A stretch of DNA of 64,000 bases from Ophelia neglecta (taxonomy: Eukaryota): assembly GCA_965285935.1 (NCBI GenBank), contig OZ260662.1, positions 74,152,001 to 74,216,000 of the forward strand. The letters run 5' to 3'. The notes under the pieces were generated by a model. That model had not been told where the DNA came from, searched no databases, and saw only the letters and a list, made by a program, of their open reading frames with translations. A program made the translations under genes and the position numbers. Positions 39,347 to 53,700 of this stretch are shown here, one piece after another. How positions within the stretch are numbered: position 1 is the stretch's first letter; the number at the start of each line of letters is the position of its first letter.

Positions 39347-42300
39347 AACGACCATCAAAACCCATACGGCCTTAGAAGCAAGACTATTTTATTATTGGCA
39401 ATACCAGCTTTTTTACTATTTAATTATGTAAGTGCCATTAATATGAAGGAAGAGCTTGGTCCTGCGGTCATTTTGATGAACAAAACTGCAATTTGGCATT
39501 AATCTGACGACGGGCTTGGCTTCAAGGACACGATGGCCTAAGTTCTAAACAGGTGAACGATCCATTCCTAATTTCTACACTGAATCCAGAAAGGCCCAAT
39601 ATTGTCCATGTCTATAGGTCATCCATATGAGCAAGTCTCCGCGGAATGGAACTTGTCGTGTCTCATCTTGTTCACTCCCAATCTGTCCGCTAATCGCTTT
39701 CCTACTTAGTGCAAATGCCAATGTTCTTCACTGGAGCAAGTGGTCATTGTATGTGTGTTTTTGCAGTTATTTTCCTAGTGCTTTAAATCAATCGATAACA
39801 GCGAAATTCCCTTCAACAAATTCTTCGCAATAATACGTGATTCTCAGACCTTTTTTTGCCGTTATTATTACGCGGTATTATTTAGGATATCATTTTATTA
39901 AATTATTGAATTCAAAATATTTTTACTCAATGAAGAATTAACAACTTTTGCTAATGTGATAAATGGTAAAGTAGCTATGACACTATTGGGCTGTTATGAG
40001 TTATTTAAAGTGATTTAAAAACTGGCCGTTATGGTAATTTTTTCGGATCCACCTGATACATCTAGAATCGGTGAGCCAAAATGAGGTCATAGTTAAATTC
40101 TAAATAATGCCCCTATACGTCGTATACCATAGTGTCGAAAAATGTAAGGAAAATATTTAAAGAAATCGCCAGTTGAGTAAATACGTTTTTCTTTTTCAGT
40201 ATGATACCCCTGAAAACGGCAAGTTGAATATAATAAGTTTTGCATCTAAATGGATTTTTTTGAATGTCAGTTATGCGTTCTGCCAAGTACTAAGCTTTTT
40301 TCCTCTTCTTAAAATGACGCCTCTAGAAATGTGTAAATTTAGCGTTATGCGTTATTGTGTGAATGACCTCGAACTTAACAAGAATGATTTTAACACATAT
40401 AATTGGATTATTTACGAGATATGAATCTGGATTGTGCAAGCCAAAAAAAAAACTCTTCGCATCACCAGTGAATTTCCATAAAAGATACTCGCTGAAGCCA
40501 ACTAATAAATCGAGATACCACACGACATAGTTGGTTACAAAAAGTCATATTTCGTCCACAATCACTTTCAATTGTCCAGCTTTATCTGCATGGCTTCCTC
40601 ATCGTCTGTGTAGTGTCTAATTCGTTCAGTATGGCCATAAGGACACCAAATAGACACCAACATTTATTTCCAACAAGTTTACATAATTTCATTTTCAATT
40701 ATAATTTATCGTAAAAACAAAACAAGTATTTGCATTCTTTAAATACAAGTTGATAGTTTATAAAAGAAATGCAAGTCTCAAATGCATCATAGACACCACA
40801 CATTTTTTCTTACTGCCTGAGGGCTGGCTCATAGATAAAAACTGTTCACAAGCTTATTATTTGTGCTTTTCATGGCTATCAAGAGCGCTATTTTCTTGCC
40901 TATATATCATTGACTCCACTCGTTCCCACCTTTGTATGGGCACTTTCACCGCAGTAGGCCTAAGTACGGCGGATATTGGTGACAATTCATTTTGCTTTAA
41001 GGTCCTGTTGTAAACGGGAAATGAAGACGAATGTCTAATGCGTGTGAAATTAGGCACCGTCCTCTGCAGGGAAAACGTCTAAAGCGTCCATAAAATGCGC
41101 ACAAACAAATTCTCAAAGGGCAACACGTACTAACGTGAAGGACAGAATTTGAGGCGACTGACTGACTGGAATTCCTGAGTTGCATTCCTTATGCCATGAA
41201 GGAACACAAACAAATTGATCACCCTGCAGACGACACAGAAGAGAATTTGAAATCAATAGTCCACACCTGAACTATTCGCAGACACATTGACCTAAATGCT
41301 CCTGGACATTGGTCGATATGGGTAATCGTACGTGGATGATTGTTCTTTATGGGTGGCAGAAAAGAAGTGTAACAATTAGAGGAATAGTAATCAATCAGTG
41401 CTTCAGTTCTGTGGCGGGAAAACATAATAAAGACGGACGAGCTGTCGTTTGGGCGCTAACGCTCCTGCATGGCTGACCGTTATGTTTACTCCATTTTATA
41501 AGCTACATCGACGTTATACGGTCCGCACATATGAAGAAATGCGCCCGGTAGGACATGCCATAAATGTACGACCTAATAAGCGAGCATGACATCATAATTA
41601 TGTAAGCACGTTGGTCCCTTGGCCATCTAGAAGGCGACGTGCACATAAGGAGCATTTCTTATATTATATTTTATGTAGCCTACAACATACTTTGCTAGAG
41701 CTTTCACGACTTTAGCCCGGCCGGAGACCAGTCATAGCGTTATTAGACCACTCGCCTCAATCCTCTCTGTAATGATTCGGGTCACCATGGCCTATTTTTG
41801 GCAGTCTTCATTTCTTAAAATTGCCCATTCGGTGGTATTAAAGGCGCTTATGATGGTTCGACCTTTTCCTTTATTGGGTACTAAAAAAGATTAAATTTAA
41901 GAACCATTTCGTAAAAGGTGTAAGTTACATGTATGTCTAGAAGACCGCCCTGAATTAAAAACTGGTTGAGGTATATATTATAACAATACTAAAGACTAAG
42001 CTTTTTTAAATGCTGAAGCGTTTGTTTTGTCTATCAGCCAGAAGCTACTAACCAATATAAGTTCCGTCTTGTTTTATTGAAAAAACGGCAGTGTCAGAGA
42101 GACCCTGACGCTGCCAAACGCTTCGAGCTGTTTGTTATAAGTGTTGAATTGACAGACCTTCAAATATATTTCATAATATACCAGCAACCAAGGGGAAACA
42201 GTGTAGACGGGGGCGCAGTTTGTAATCTAATGCGTAAACTGCTTCATATAAAGTCTTATTAAGGATAATCAGTCACTTTAAAGGATTCGATAGCATCTAA

Positions 42301-43265
42301 TGAGGTTGTTAGGACTTAGGCTTATATTCGGCTTGAGAGAATTAATTAGAAATTATTTTCTCGAAACGACCTGCTAAAGCTCTGATCAGGGAGGATTTGT
42401 GAAGGAAGAATAATTATTGTTTCTGAGAGGTAGAACTTTTGATTTACGGGTGAATGACGCTCTGTGCTGTGGGTGGTCTACGGTATCGAGCGCTCCTGCA
42501 GACGGTGGAGGCTAGGGATTGTGACCATCACCAGCCTCCGCTATCCGCGCCATCTTGTCTGTCAAAGACACCAAGTGCACTTATAGGCCTAGTGGGTTAT
42601 ATAATGCTTTGATTAATCGCCTGTAGAATCCTCTGATAGCAAGGAAGTTTCTGTAATAATACGCCACAAAAGCATGGCACTTGTGGCAATCGCGGGTTGC
42701 TACCAAGTGTGACTTCCGGTGGCTTCCCAGGATGAGTTAAACATGCTGACTAATGCCCCAGTCACATTTCGTCCAATTGAGAAAAGGGTCCCCAACCGAT
42801 GTGCTTTTTTGCAATATCTGGCGGGCCCGGCGATATCTTGAGGTAACAGTCACATTTAATCGATGGTGACGGCCGGGAGGGCCGATTTTTTTTCAAAGAT
42901 AATACATTGGAGGTCGTAAGTCGGGGTGCAGTAGGGTCACCGGGTTGACAACCTAAGGTCACCCTGCGGTCCCCGGATGGTACCTTATGATCATCGTGCG
43001 ATTTGTGGTGTCCTGGCGGTTTACCATTAATCATAACTCGTAAAAGGAATCCGCCCGGTACCCGTGCGACTTCCAAAACACGAGCGGGTCCCGTCTGATT
43101 ATTTGGCCGGAGGCCGCTCTGCACCCGTATGGGTATTCTATAGGCCTACTTGACGGGTTGTACAGCTTGTACTTGTACACCGATGACCTCATTGTGGCTT
43201 ATTAAATTGTCAGGGGTCGTGCGACGCCTGTACCTAACTCGACTGCTATTCTTCGGAGACGTCTT

Positions 43266-43319
43266 ATAAATGTGTTGAAAAAGTCGTCGGGGAATGGGAG
43301 TTAGAGAAATCGGCCGATA
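43266..43319 (-). pseudogene. Short LINE reverse-transcriptase remnant
   Basis: Translates YRPISLTPIPRRLFQHIY, resembling the non-LTR RT N-terminal motif 'YRPISLTS..CK..EHI'. No flanking RT similarity seen. Confidence 0.35.
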
Positions 43320-43795
43320 CCTAGAGAGTATCAGCAATACGATCACAACTGTTTTATGCTGCACAACATTAAAACAAGCAAAGAGTGCTGAGAAAGGATA
43401 AAACAGCATGGTATCTTCCTCATGCACCTGCCTCGGCCTTGTCGCTGAAAGTTTGAGTGATTGATTTTTGGATTTTGCCATTTGATATATGTTTAAGTGA
43501 TGCCTTCCTACCCCACATTCATTACCAACCCACTTAGACAGAAGAAAGGCATTATCTCTACGTGAACTGCATACACACTGTTTGAAGATCAAGCCGGGGG
43601 AGTTGTAGTGCTTAGGGTTCAGCGCTGGTCTGGGATTATAGTACTTGTCGCAAGCTGTACCACTCTCGTCCTGCGGAGAATACTGCAAACGGTATTCCCG
43701 TGCGGCCAGAGCAATGTAACTACCGGGCGGCCAGCTCGCCGCAAGATAATGCAACGCCGTTTGTCACATTGCCGTGGCCTCACGGTAATTTATAG

Positions 43796-44473
43796 GCCGT
43801 TTACTGTAGTCACATTGCTGTGGCCGCACGGTAATGTAGACGCCGTTTGCTGTAGTCTCATTGCTGTGGCTGCACGGTAATGTAGAAGCCGTTTACTGTA
43901 GTCACATTTCTATGGCCGCACGGTAATGTAGACGCCGTTTACTGTAGTCACATTGCTGTGGCCGCACGGTAATGTAGACGCCGTTTGCTGTAGTCTCATT
44001 GCTGTGGCTGCACGGTAATATAGAAGCCGTTTACTGTAGTCACATTTCTATGGCCGCACGGTAATGTAGACGCCGTTTACTGTAGTCACATTGCTGTGGC
44101 CGCACGGTAATGTAGACGCCGTTTACTGTAGTCACATTGCTGTGGCCGCACGGAAATGTAGACGCCGTTTACTGTAGTCACATTGCTGTGGCCGCACGGA
44201 AATGTAGACGCCGTTTACTGTAGTCACATTGCTGTGGCCGCACGGAAATGTAGACGCCGTTTGCTGTAGTCATATTGACGTGGCCGCACGGAAATGCGGA
44301 CGCCGTTCACTGTAGTCACATTGCTGTGGCTGCACGGTTATGTGGACGCCGTTTGAGGTAGTCACATATCTATGGCCGCACGGTAATGTAGACGCCGTTG
44401 GAGGTAGACAGATTTTTGTGGCCGCACGGTAATGTAGATGCCAATTGCTGTAGTCTCATTTCTGTGGCCGCAC
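43796..44473. repeat. 46-bp minisatellite (~14-15 copies) with a 138-bp trimeric higher-order repeat
   Basis: Unit gccgtttactgtagtcacattgctgtggccgcacggtaatgtagac; variant order A-B-C-A-B-C-A-A... Confidence 0.97.
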
Positions 44474-47121
44474 ATTAATTCCGTATGCGTCTCCACTGCA
44501 CAATGATGATACCGTTTGAGTTTTCGGAATATAAACTCAACACAAAGAAAGCATGCGCAATCTCGTGCGTAATAAGCAGTTGCTAGACTTATAGGCTTAT
44601 ATGAATTTAGCGCGTCAATTCTTGACATTTTAACCATGAGTTTTTAAGCAAAGCAATTATTTTCTATGTTTTCTGGAATGATCGTGAAGTAATTGAATTT
44701 GATTAACTGTTGTCATTTTTAATAAAGTATCGGTTTATACTCTATTCTCGGGATTCATGCTTAATTAACAGTCTGCCAAAAAGTCTAGATTTGTAATGGT
44801 GTACAGGCATCTAGTTGCAAGCTTCGTGAATATTGACAATGGATTATCACAAGTGCAATTCATCACCATCGCCTACATAAGTTGGGAAAAGCGATGAAAA
44901 GCTCACTTAGGAGCTACTTTCCATTAATAATTGAGGAGTTTGTGGTGATTTGCGTGAAGTATCTCTGTGCTGCCGTTTAACAACTGGATGGTTTCTCTGC
45001 GAGCCTTCAGCCACATTGAGCCGGCCAGGTAATGATACATTGGCCGGAGTGGAGCGACTGCTGGGTCGCTTCTGTCCTGTAGACCAGGGGGAGGTGCGAG
45101 GGTTAGGTGGCCGGAACCGGGCAGAGATGTCCCAGCACAGAGATGTCCCACGACAGCGATGGTTCACAACATTTTTGAGCATCCTTGATTATTATGTCGA
45201 CACGGTCGGCTATGGTAGAACTGCCCGGTGGGAGACTGAGCGGTAACGTTTTCAAATTACGACGACACAAAAAAAATAAAAGAACCTTGAGAGGTAATCA
45301 TCCTAGCGAAGTTATGATCCGCGACCTATAGGGGATTGTCTAGCATACTTATATTTGTTCACATTTACGTCGTTACCTTCGACTGGAGGCCGAGACATGA
45401 CCTGCTCCCAGCACATGCATATCTCCTTCCCTCGGCAAGTATTGCCTGCTCCACAATTAATCTTGTGTTACTCAAGTCCCGACTGTGTTGCGAGCGCTGG
45501 TGATTAATGGAGCCTGGAGAGAGAAATGGCAGAGGCTAGATTCCCCGTATTTACACTGTGAAGACACGCGTGGCCTTTCGTGAAAACATCATGATGGCCC
45601 GTCCAATGATCATAACCCAGCTCCTTTGTCATACCAGCCTCGTTTATAGGCTTACCTGGGCATCAATTAACTCGACTTTATATCTGCTTTATGGACTAGT
45701 CAGCCTTTTATTTACATAAACGTCACGACTTCGTCTGATGATTCATTGAATCCAACTCCTTTCAACAGAGGCACATTTAATGAACGCGTGTATCAACCTA
45801 AGTAACATTTATTCATTATAATAGGCATATTCGTTACAAATATTGAGCTAATTGTGCATTTGTGAAAAATGCATGAAATTTGGAGGGATTGCACACATCC
45901 AAAATGAGAGGCGCGGTCTATCTTACTTTTCCAATGTTGCCACGGGAACAGTTGACGAAGTTTTTAAATAACAGAAAACGGAATGCTATAATGACGTATA
46001 TTGTTTTTGATACTCAAAAAAATAACCAGATTTCTGTATATTTGTTCAAAGTTGATTTTCTAGGTATTTCTATTAATCGTTTCACTTTCATTTGGCAGCT
46101 TGTGTTTGGAAAAATAATTTGATGGAGAATGCAGAAAAAAACAAACGGTTGCTTTGCCATGCGTTGAAAGTTGGAATAGTCGAGTGAAAATGACTGAAAG
46201 TCCACGGAGCCGAAGAATTCGGGAGCATCGTCGGTGCTGTTATATTAATTTCCCTTTAGTGTTGGAGAATGTCGCTAGTCTGCCATTTGATAATAGGTCA
46301 TGACATGGGGTGATGGTGGCATTGGCCATTGCCCTTAAGCCGTGAAAGATCGACGCGAAACTGGTGACCTACTGGTGACACAGAGTATGGACTTCTATAT
46401 GGGCAATGGCCTAGACAAAGGACATGCTGGAAGGAGATTTACGACTAAATAAATATATAATCAGATCTATAGTCAAGCGGCATTCCTTTGTCCCTGTGTT
46501 CTCGCATAGAAGGTGTTTTTGAACGAGAAAATAACACAACAGTTCCATGAACCTTTCAATATTTCAGTTAAACCCAAATCTTGCTCTATGATTGCAACTT
46601 TATGTTAACATTATAATTTTATCAACAACAATTTATCTGATTCGCCCCAAATTAACCCAGTATACATAATTTATGTTTACACCAACTGTACAATTTTTGA
46701 CCTGCCTACTCGACGTCTAATCGTCTTGATATCTGTAATATTGATTACTCCTTTGCACCGACAATATATAGATTTGCCAGCTGTGCGTAATTTCCTTAAT
46801 CGGGTGTTTTTTATGATATGTCTCTGCAGGAGTTCCGAGTATAAAAGTCAACTTACTCTGCATTGTTTGGAAAAGTGAATTTTTTATTCACCTCTGGATT
46901 TGAGTTCTTTCCTTGGAGGCCCGCCAAGTTAATAATTTCTCCATCAAAGGATTATAATAAAACGAAAGATTTCCTTATCCCGCATAACAGGTTGACGGTG
47001 TTAGTTTCGCGCCTTGAAACGATCATCCGTTGTGAATATCGAAAAGGCTATTTTCTGCAAAATTGTACAGGAAAATAACATATTCTGCGCCGCACTGCCG
47101 TGAAATATCACATTTTTGAAA

Positions 47122-47770
47122 TTCTGATCAATCCCGTGAGATAATCCATTATCTTCATGTAATTCTGACCCATCCCGTGAGATCTCCCATTATCTTCATG
47201 TCATTTTGACCCATCCCGTGAGATCTCCCATTATCTTCATGTCATTTTGACCCATCCCTTGAGATCTCCGATTATATCAACGTCATTCTGACCCAACCCG
47301 TCATATTTCCCATTATCTTCATGTCATTTAGACCCATCCCGTCATATCTCCCATTATCTTTTTGTCATTCTCACCCATCCCGTCATATCTCCCATTATCT
47401 TTTTGTCATTTTGACCCATCCCGTCATATCTCCCATTATCTTTTTGTCATTCTGACCCATCCCGTCATATCTCTCATTATCTTTTTGTCATTTAGACGCA
47501 TCCCGTCATATCTCCCATTATCTTTTTGTCATTCTGACCCATCCCGTCATATCTCCCATTATCTTTTTGTCATTTTGACCAATCCCGTCATATCTCCCAT
47601 TATCTTTTTGTCATGTTGACCAATCCCGTCATATCTCCCATTATCTGCACAATCACGCGATTGTTTCTATTATCTTCATGTCATTCTGTCCCATCCCGTG
47701 AGATCTCCCATTATCTTCATGTCATTCTGACCCATCACGTGCCATTTCCCATTTATCTTCATGTCCTTCT
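47122..47770. repeat. 41-bp minisatellite (~15 copies), decaying to ~47910
   Basis: Unit ccatcccgtcatatctcccattatctttttgtcattctgac; period checked (catcccg at 47171 and 47212). Confidence 0.96.
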
Positions 47771-50700
47771 AATCCATCCTGAATCATATTTTATTATCGG
47801 ATAGTCTTTCATACCAACCCCTGATATCCCCCATTATTATCTTCCTGTGTCCCCGACACATTCCGCATCATGTCCCATATATCTTCATGCCCTTCTTACA
47901 CATCCCGTCCAATGCATATCTTTCAGAATTTTTTATTTTATTTTTCCAAACCCATGACATCTGCCAATTTATTGGTCGCCATATACTACCAATCACGTGA
48001 TCAATCATGGCTCCCGCTATCCACGGAAGGTCGTTATTCTTACCCACTTCGCGATAAGGGCTACCTCCGATTCCCCCCTAACTTTCTAGCATTCCTACCG
48101 TCGATATGTTAACAGGTATTGTAAACTCAATTTTTTCTTTTTAGCCCCCCCCCCCCTCCCCCTTTTGTAAATCAGCCTGTTTGTGTTTTTGCCCAGTTAG
48201 AGCTGATTCTAACGTTATTTACATAATTTTCATTTATAAGGTTAAAAATGTCTGTAAACCGCTACACTTTAGTAAGATGAATGATGTGTACCTTTCAGAT
48301 AGTTGGCTTAATTTTCCCGTCTGTGACTATTTAGAACTTTAAATTGTGAAATTGGATCGGTTTATATGAACATGTCGGAAATTTCAGGAAAAAAGTCCTG
48401 GTATTAAAACCGAAATTTACCTAAGCACGGTCACCCTTCACTGGTTACATGGCAAACCAACTCCGAGCCATTTCTCACTGGAGTAATATGAGACTTCTCC
48501 CTTCAACCAACTTAATAGAATGCGTCCTAAACGACTGCTTTTCTCAAGGACTCACTTTTTTCGCTCAATTTGTTGAGTTGTATATTAGGTCTCTTCGGTT
48601 ATTTACATGTAACTTACGAGTTGACCTTTTCTAACTGGGTGGTACTTCCTTAGCGGCCCGGTATATCGCCAAGTGCCTGCAGCTTCTGTCAGCCGTGGTC
48701 GGGTCCACCCGAGCAGAAGTCCTCTAACCTTTTTCCGGGAATGGGGCTGTCCCCTTGCGCCCTTCTATTTCTCGTGTGTAAATCTTCTCATCTGTGATGA
48801 CTAAGATTAGTGTGCGTGTGGAAGCAGCCGGCTGCAGATAGGGAGGGGACTCGTGTAATGTAAGACACCGCCAGACGGGGGCCCAACTGACGGACCTGTC
48901 AGACTTATTAGGTGCGGGTCAATCCATCCGAGGCAGAGGGCAACTTATTAAATAGTTGAACGATAGGTACACTGCACTGCAGTAATCTAAGTTTGGCATG
49001 CGAGTCGATGCGACGTAATGTAAGTTGTCATTGTTTTAAAAAGTCTACGTAGAAATGTAGTTTGAAGAGAAAAGTTGGGTATATGACTAAAACGAAATAT
49101 GCAACGCAACATTTCATGTTGGCTACGTTGCATGATTGTTGATTGGTAATAACTCAATCTGAACAACACTGTAGTTTAATATCGTATAATCTCGCGGCAG
49201 GCGGGAAGCGACCAGACGGACGCCTAGACCTAACTCAAGCCGCCATTTCCCTCAGAGATCGTCAGTTTGTATCGTTGTTAGTAGCCCGTTAATCTGTCTC
49301 TCGCTACATCGCTTTCCTTTGCCATTGCTTGTAATAGAGCGTGGCTGTGCGATAGACATTCTCCCCTAATATCACTCAATATTTCCCCTATCACAACAAA
49401 ACTCTGAACAGCAATCTATCACACGGTCCGAGGAGTGATTTTAGTTTACCCTTGTCAAGTAACCCGTCTTATTGGCAGGAAATGGAAACAACTCTCAAAA
49501 GAATATACGAGAAGTGCGTTCTCTTTTCTTGGTCTTGGTTTAAACGCTAACTTGCCTAGGCCACATAAGACCAACAGAGAAGTGTATACATCAAACGGAC
49601 TGGTACATTATCAATTTGCAGGGAAATGCAAGCTCGACCGATTTGTAAGCTTTAAGTGGGGATGCTAAATATAGAGTCTTTTTACTTAAACAACACTATT
49701 TCAAGCCCGCTTATGATACCAATGGCCCCAGAAAACCTACTGTTAATTGCTTTCCTGAATCCGGGGAGATATACACAGAGTAGGCACTAAGCCGAGGCGC
49801 TCATCAGACCTACTTTGGGTATATAAGACTATAACTGAGGTGGCCTAATTGAAAGGAAAATCCAGTGAAAACCAAATTAAACTAATGACCAAGGGATTTA
49901 GCAAAGGAACTGCGTCATCGCCGGGTCCTAATAGCCAAACTTCCCGCCTATGTGCCTATCTGACATGAAAAAGAATAGGAAAACCTGCCTTACAGACCAC
50001 AATTATATATTGAAACCACCTGTCTATTCAGACAACTAATCCGAAGACCGCACTGTACACTATCAATGTGAAAAAAACGGTCTAAAAAGGGCTCCCCCAT
50101 AATCAGATACATATTTTCCAGTACCTCAGTAGGCTCAAACCTCAGTTTTTACTGTACATTCCTTTGTATAAGAAACGGCGCGAAATTTTGCGCAAGCTAA
50201 GCATTGTTTCCTTTTTTATCATCTACTAGGTATGTTTATATTGTCATAATATTATATGTACGTAGTACATGGTACATATACGCTGTACAAGGTAAAAAAA
50301 AGAATAAAAACTGACTCAGGTGCCTTTGGCTTCCTTCGTCACTTTAAAATGTAGTCAAAGGTAAATCGGGTATTTATGAAGGTACGTGTGTCTGTAGCTC
50401 TCAATCCCCTAAAAAGGTTTTATTTAAATTAGGATTTGCCTGGCGATGGGTGCTTATAAACTTATGTTTAGTAGTTTTAGCACGATACAGAATATACTCT
50501 AAGACCAAGCTTTAGAAACTAAGTCGAAATTAAGTACGCCCATTTTGTTTTTTAGTGCCTGCGAAAACACACGTGGATGCTTAGAATGTCGATGAGATCC
50601 AAATCTCGTTTGAGCTGAACATTACACACAGACTGGTTATAATCAGTAGATAGCCTTGGCTTTCAAAGAATATGATGGCTCAAGTGTTCAGGGGATGACT

Positions 50701-53700
50701 TGGTGCGATCTACTCCCCCTTAAGTGAATATAAAACAATACTAAATTGAGCCTCAAGATGCATCAAATTTGCCTGTGTCGATATTCTGCAACCATGAGGC
50801 TTCCCATAAAAATACCTCTTATTAAAGTTAAAATGCCCCAATGTATATTCTCGTCTGCTGCGGTGGATAGATTTTAAGAGTTTCCGACGTATTTAACGTG
50901 TATTAGGCCTTAATCTATCTGACGAGGGATGGCCATGACACACAGCTGAAAGGGTATATCAAAGGGCTTTGTGAGTCTACCTAAAAATGCCAATATCTTA
51001 ATGGGGTCGGTGTTACTGTAATCCTCGAGTGACGCCTTATAGCCCCTGATGGATTAACAGACAGGCCCGTGAGAAATGGGAGAATTGCAATTACTGGCTC
51101 AATAGAGGCAGACGACATATTGTTTTTGCCCCATGATCCGTTACATTTTGTTCCTATCTTCCAAGGCCTATTGATTTTGCGGTCATGGGTCATGTTGTAA
51201 TCTTGGGACCCCAGCAGATAGTCGATTCCCTTCTCGTACTAAAGACCAGACCCTACCTAAACTAAACAAGAAGAAAAATAATGTCTGGAAATTTAATCGC
51301 TCCAGAAAAATGTTTGCGGGTCACTACTTTGAGGAAGAAAACTTAATTCAGTACGCACCTTCAATTACTAAACTGATGCGGGGGGGGGGGGGGATATTTA
51401 ACAGAGGTTTGAAGAAGAAAAAAAGGTTTTCATAAATATAGTAAATTTCCGGAAACCTCTCGTATGTTAACAAAAGGCAGACAGGAGGCATTGAGCGGAA
51501 ATCAAAGTCTTCCTCATATCTTCTCGCCCGACCCTCCACGAATCATTTCCCATCAAATACTGGGTCCTTTATAAGCCACTATAGCTAGTTACATGTGAAA
51601 GCGGTGAGATGTTGTCCTATAAGGATATAAGAGACACAATTCCGTATAATCATCATAAGTGTAGATTTTTTCCATCTAAAGTTCTCTAACAAAGCACGTT
51701 GAGGAGAATACACGTAGCCGAGACGGGATTCAGGGTATTTTTTATCTACGTCTATCAATTTGAAAGTACACATTGTTAAAGGTCACTTGCGCTTCTGTCA
51801 AAATTATATTTTTTCATAATGAAAATAAATAGCGTTTATTTGTTCAACTAATTGTGTGCAGTCAAATGTCATGCGCCACCTAATTGACCGGAAGTAGGTA
51901 GATAAATTTAGAATGCAAATGTTCCACCTTCAGGAGCTCATCTGGCTATACTGAATTTTCTTTTGCTTCAGAAATATCACCAACTCGTGGTGTGACTGTT
52001 TTTCTTCAAGGTTCACAGTTGGACAGCTGGCAGGAAGCGCCGACTTGATAATAAATCATTCTTGTGAACGCCTGCTGGTTGAAAAATGTCAAAGCTGCTC
52101 TATTCGGTGGCAGATGTCCCTTTCCAATTCCTGACCGGAAATGCTTCAATCTTTTGTAGTCTTTTGTAGGCCCCCCTACTTCACGCAGGCTTTGTCGATC
52201 TGGCTGATTGGCAAGCGTCTGCCAGCTCGTCCCAATCACGGAGGAACTTTGTACATCCATTTTATAATTAGTGAAATGTATAAAGTAAGTGGACACTGGC
52301 TTCTTTCACTGGGATCAAATCTTAGAACTTGTATTTCTTGACTTATTAACTGGAAATCCGAGTCCAAAGACTCTCTGCAAGATGAGGTCGGATTCAGTTC
52401 CATTTCCGTTTACGACTTTGACCGGGCCGTATGTCAACTTTATGACTTGTGTATGATAGGTATCATCTTCGAACTTTGGGGTTGTCCATTCTTAAAACAA
52501 TGTATAGCTAACAAATTCATATCGAAGATGAAGTAATAGCTTCGTGTCGGGGAAGAAAATTTGATGTAGACATGTTACACGCTCAGAGCCAGATTGTATG
52601 CATGTATTGTTTATGTAATTTAGCTGTATGGGTAATGTATTCTTGTTTTCTTACAATTGGGACGCAATATTGCTATTGATACCGTGTATATACACACCTG
52701 TAAAGAAGAACGAATAAGTCTTTGTGACTTCTATTGATCAAACGAAAGAATATTCGCGCAAGAAAGGAGTGTCCACTTACTATACATTCCGGTATTCCGG
52801 TATTTATATGCTTGTTGATAGAACGGATACGGCCATCTTGTCAAGGGCCTGAGGATTCCATTCAGCGCAGATTATTATATTTACGTAGTAAGGACATTTC
52901 CTGTTTACAGAGAAATGTTGTTAGTGTATGTCGTCTGCTGTTATAAACATGTCCATCCCGGCCAGAAAACATAGTGCATGTAAATTACCAGAATGCTCAC
53001 GTTTCAACGATATATTATACATCCAAATGAGAGAATATGAAATCCCTATGGCCGGTTGGCCAATAATAACTCTAAATCCCCATCTAACATGGGACGCTGA
53101 TTGAACATTAGCGATATTTACCCTTTTCCGGCATGGCTACTATAGAAGCCATAACCAGGCAGCCCTTTACAAATATTTGGTTTGTCTATTAGTTAAGTCC
53201 CTAGACAGCCATGTAATATATGCCATAATCGGTACTCTTAACCACGGGACGAACGCCCAGATTGGTAAATCGAATACATGTAATGTATTTATGAGATTGT
53301 CAACAAGATCTTCAGTATAACTTTCATATTTTCGTTAATGCCTTACCCGTTCTACATATGGTACTACGGAAACAGGTTGGCTAACAAAGAACACGTGTAT
53401 TCCTTAAGTGTTAGTTTCCTCTAGCTTTATTGCACGTCAATATACCTTTATCTGTTAATAATCGGTAAAAGTGTGATTAACAAATTTTGAAACGATGACA
53501 ATTACGCTGTCTTATGCTCAAACGCAGGTTGATTTCGATGGTAAACACCTAAAAAAGATGGCGCAATAGTAGGCTACAGAGCTTGGCGTCTATCAAAATA
53601 CTTGCCTGACTGCACGCAAACAAAAGGAATTCTCTAGGCAAGCACTTCCAAAAGAAGACAGGAGTGGGTAACCTGCAGATATAAAACATTCGGGATTAAG

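Noticed and set aside
38319-39365. 348-aa and 303-aa ORFs (HFGLSDLRYLG / RPFWTVRPALL repeats), superficially LRR-like
   Set aside because: They arise from a 33-bp unit lacking stops in two frames. There is no unique flanking coding sequence, and the recurrent unit variants are non-synonymous in the longer frame.
43146-43754. 202-aa minus-strand ORF
   Set aside because: It spans unrelated pieces (MITE end, unique DNA, short RT-like motif) with no coherent domain.
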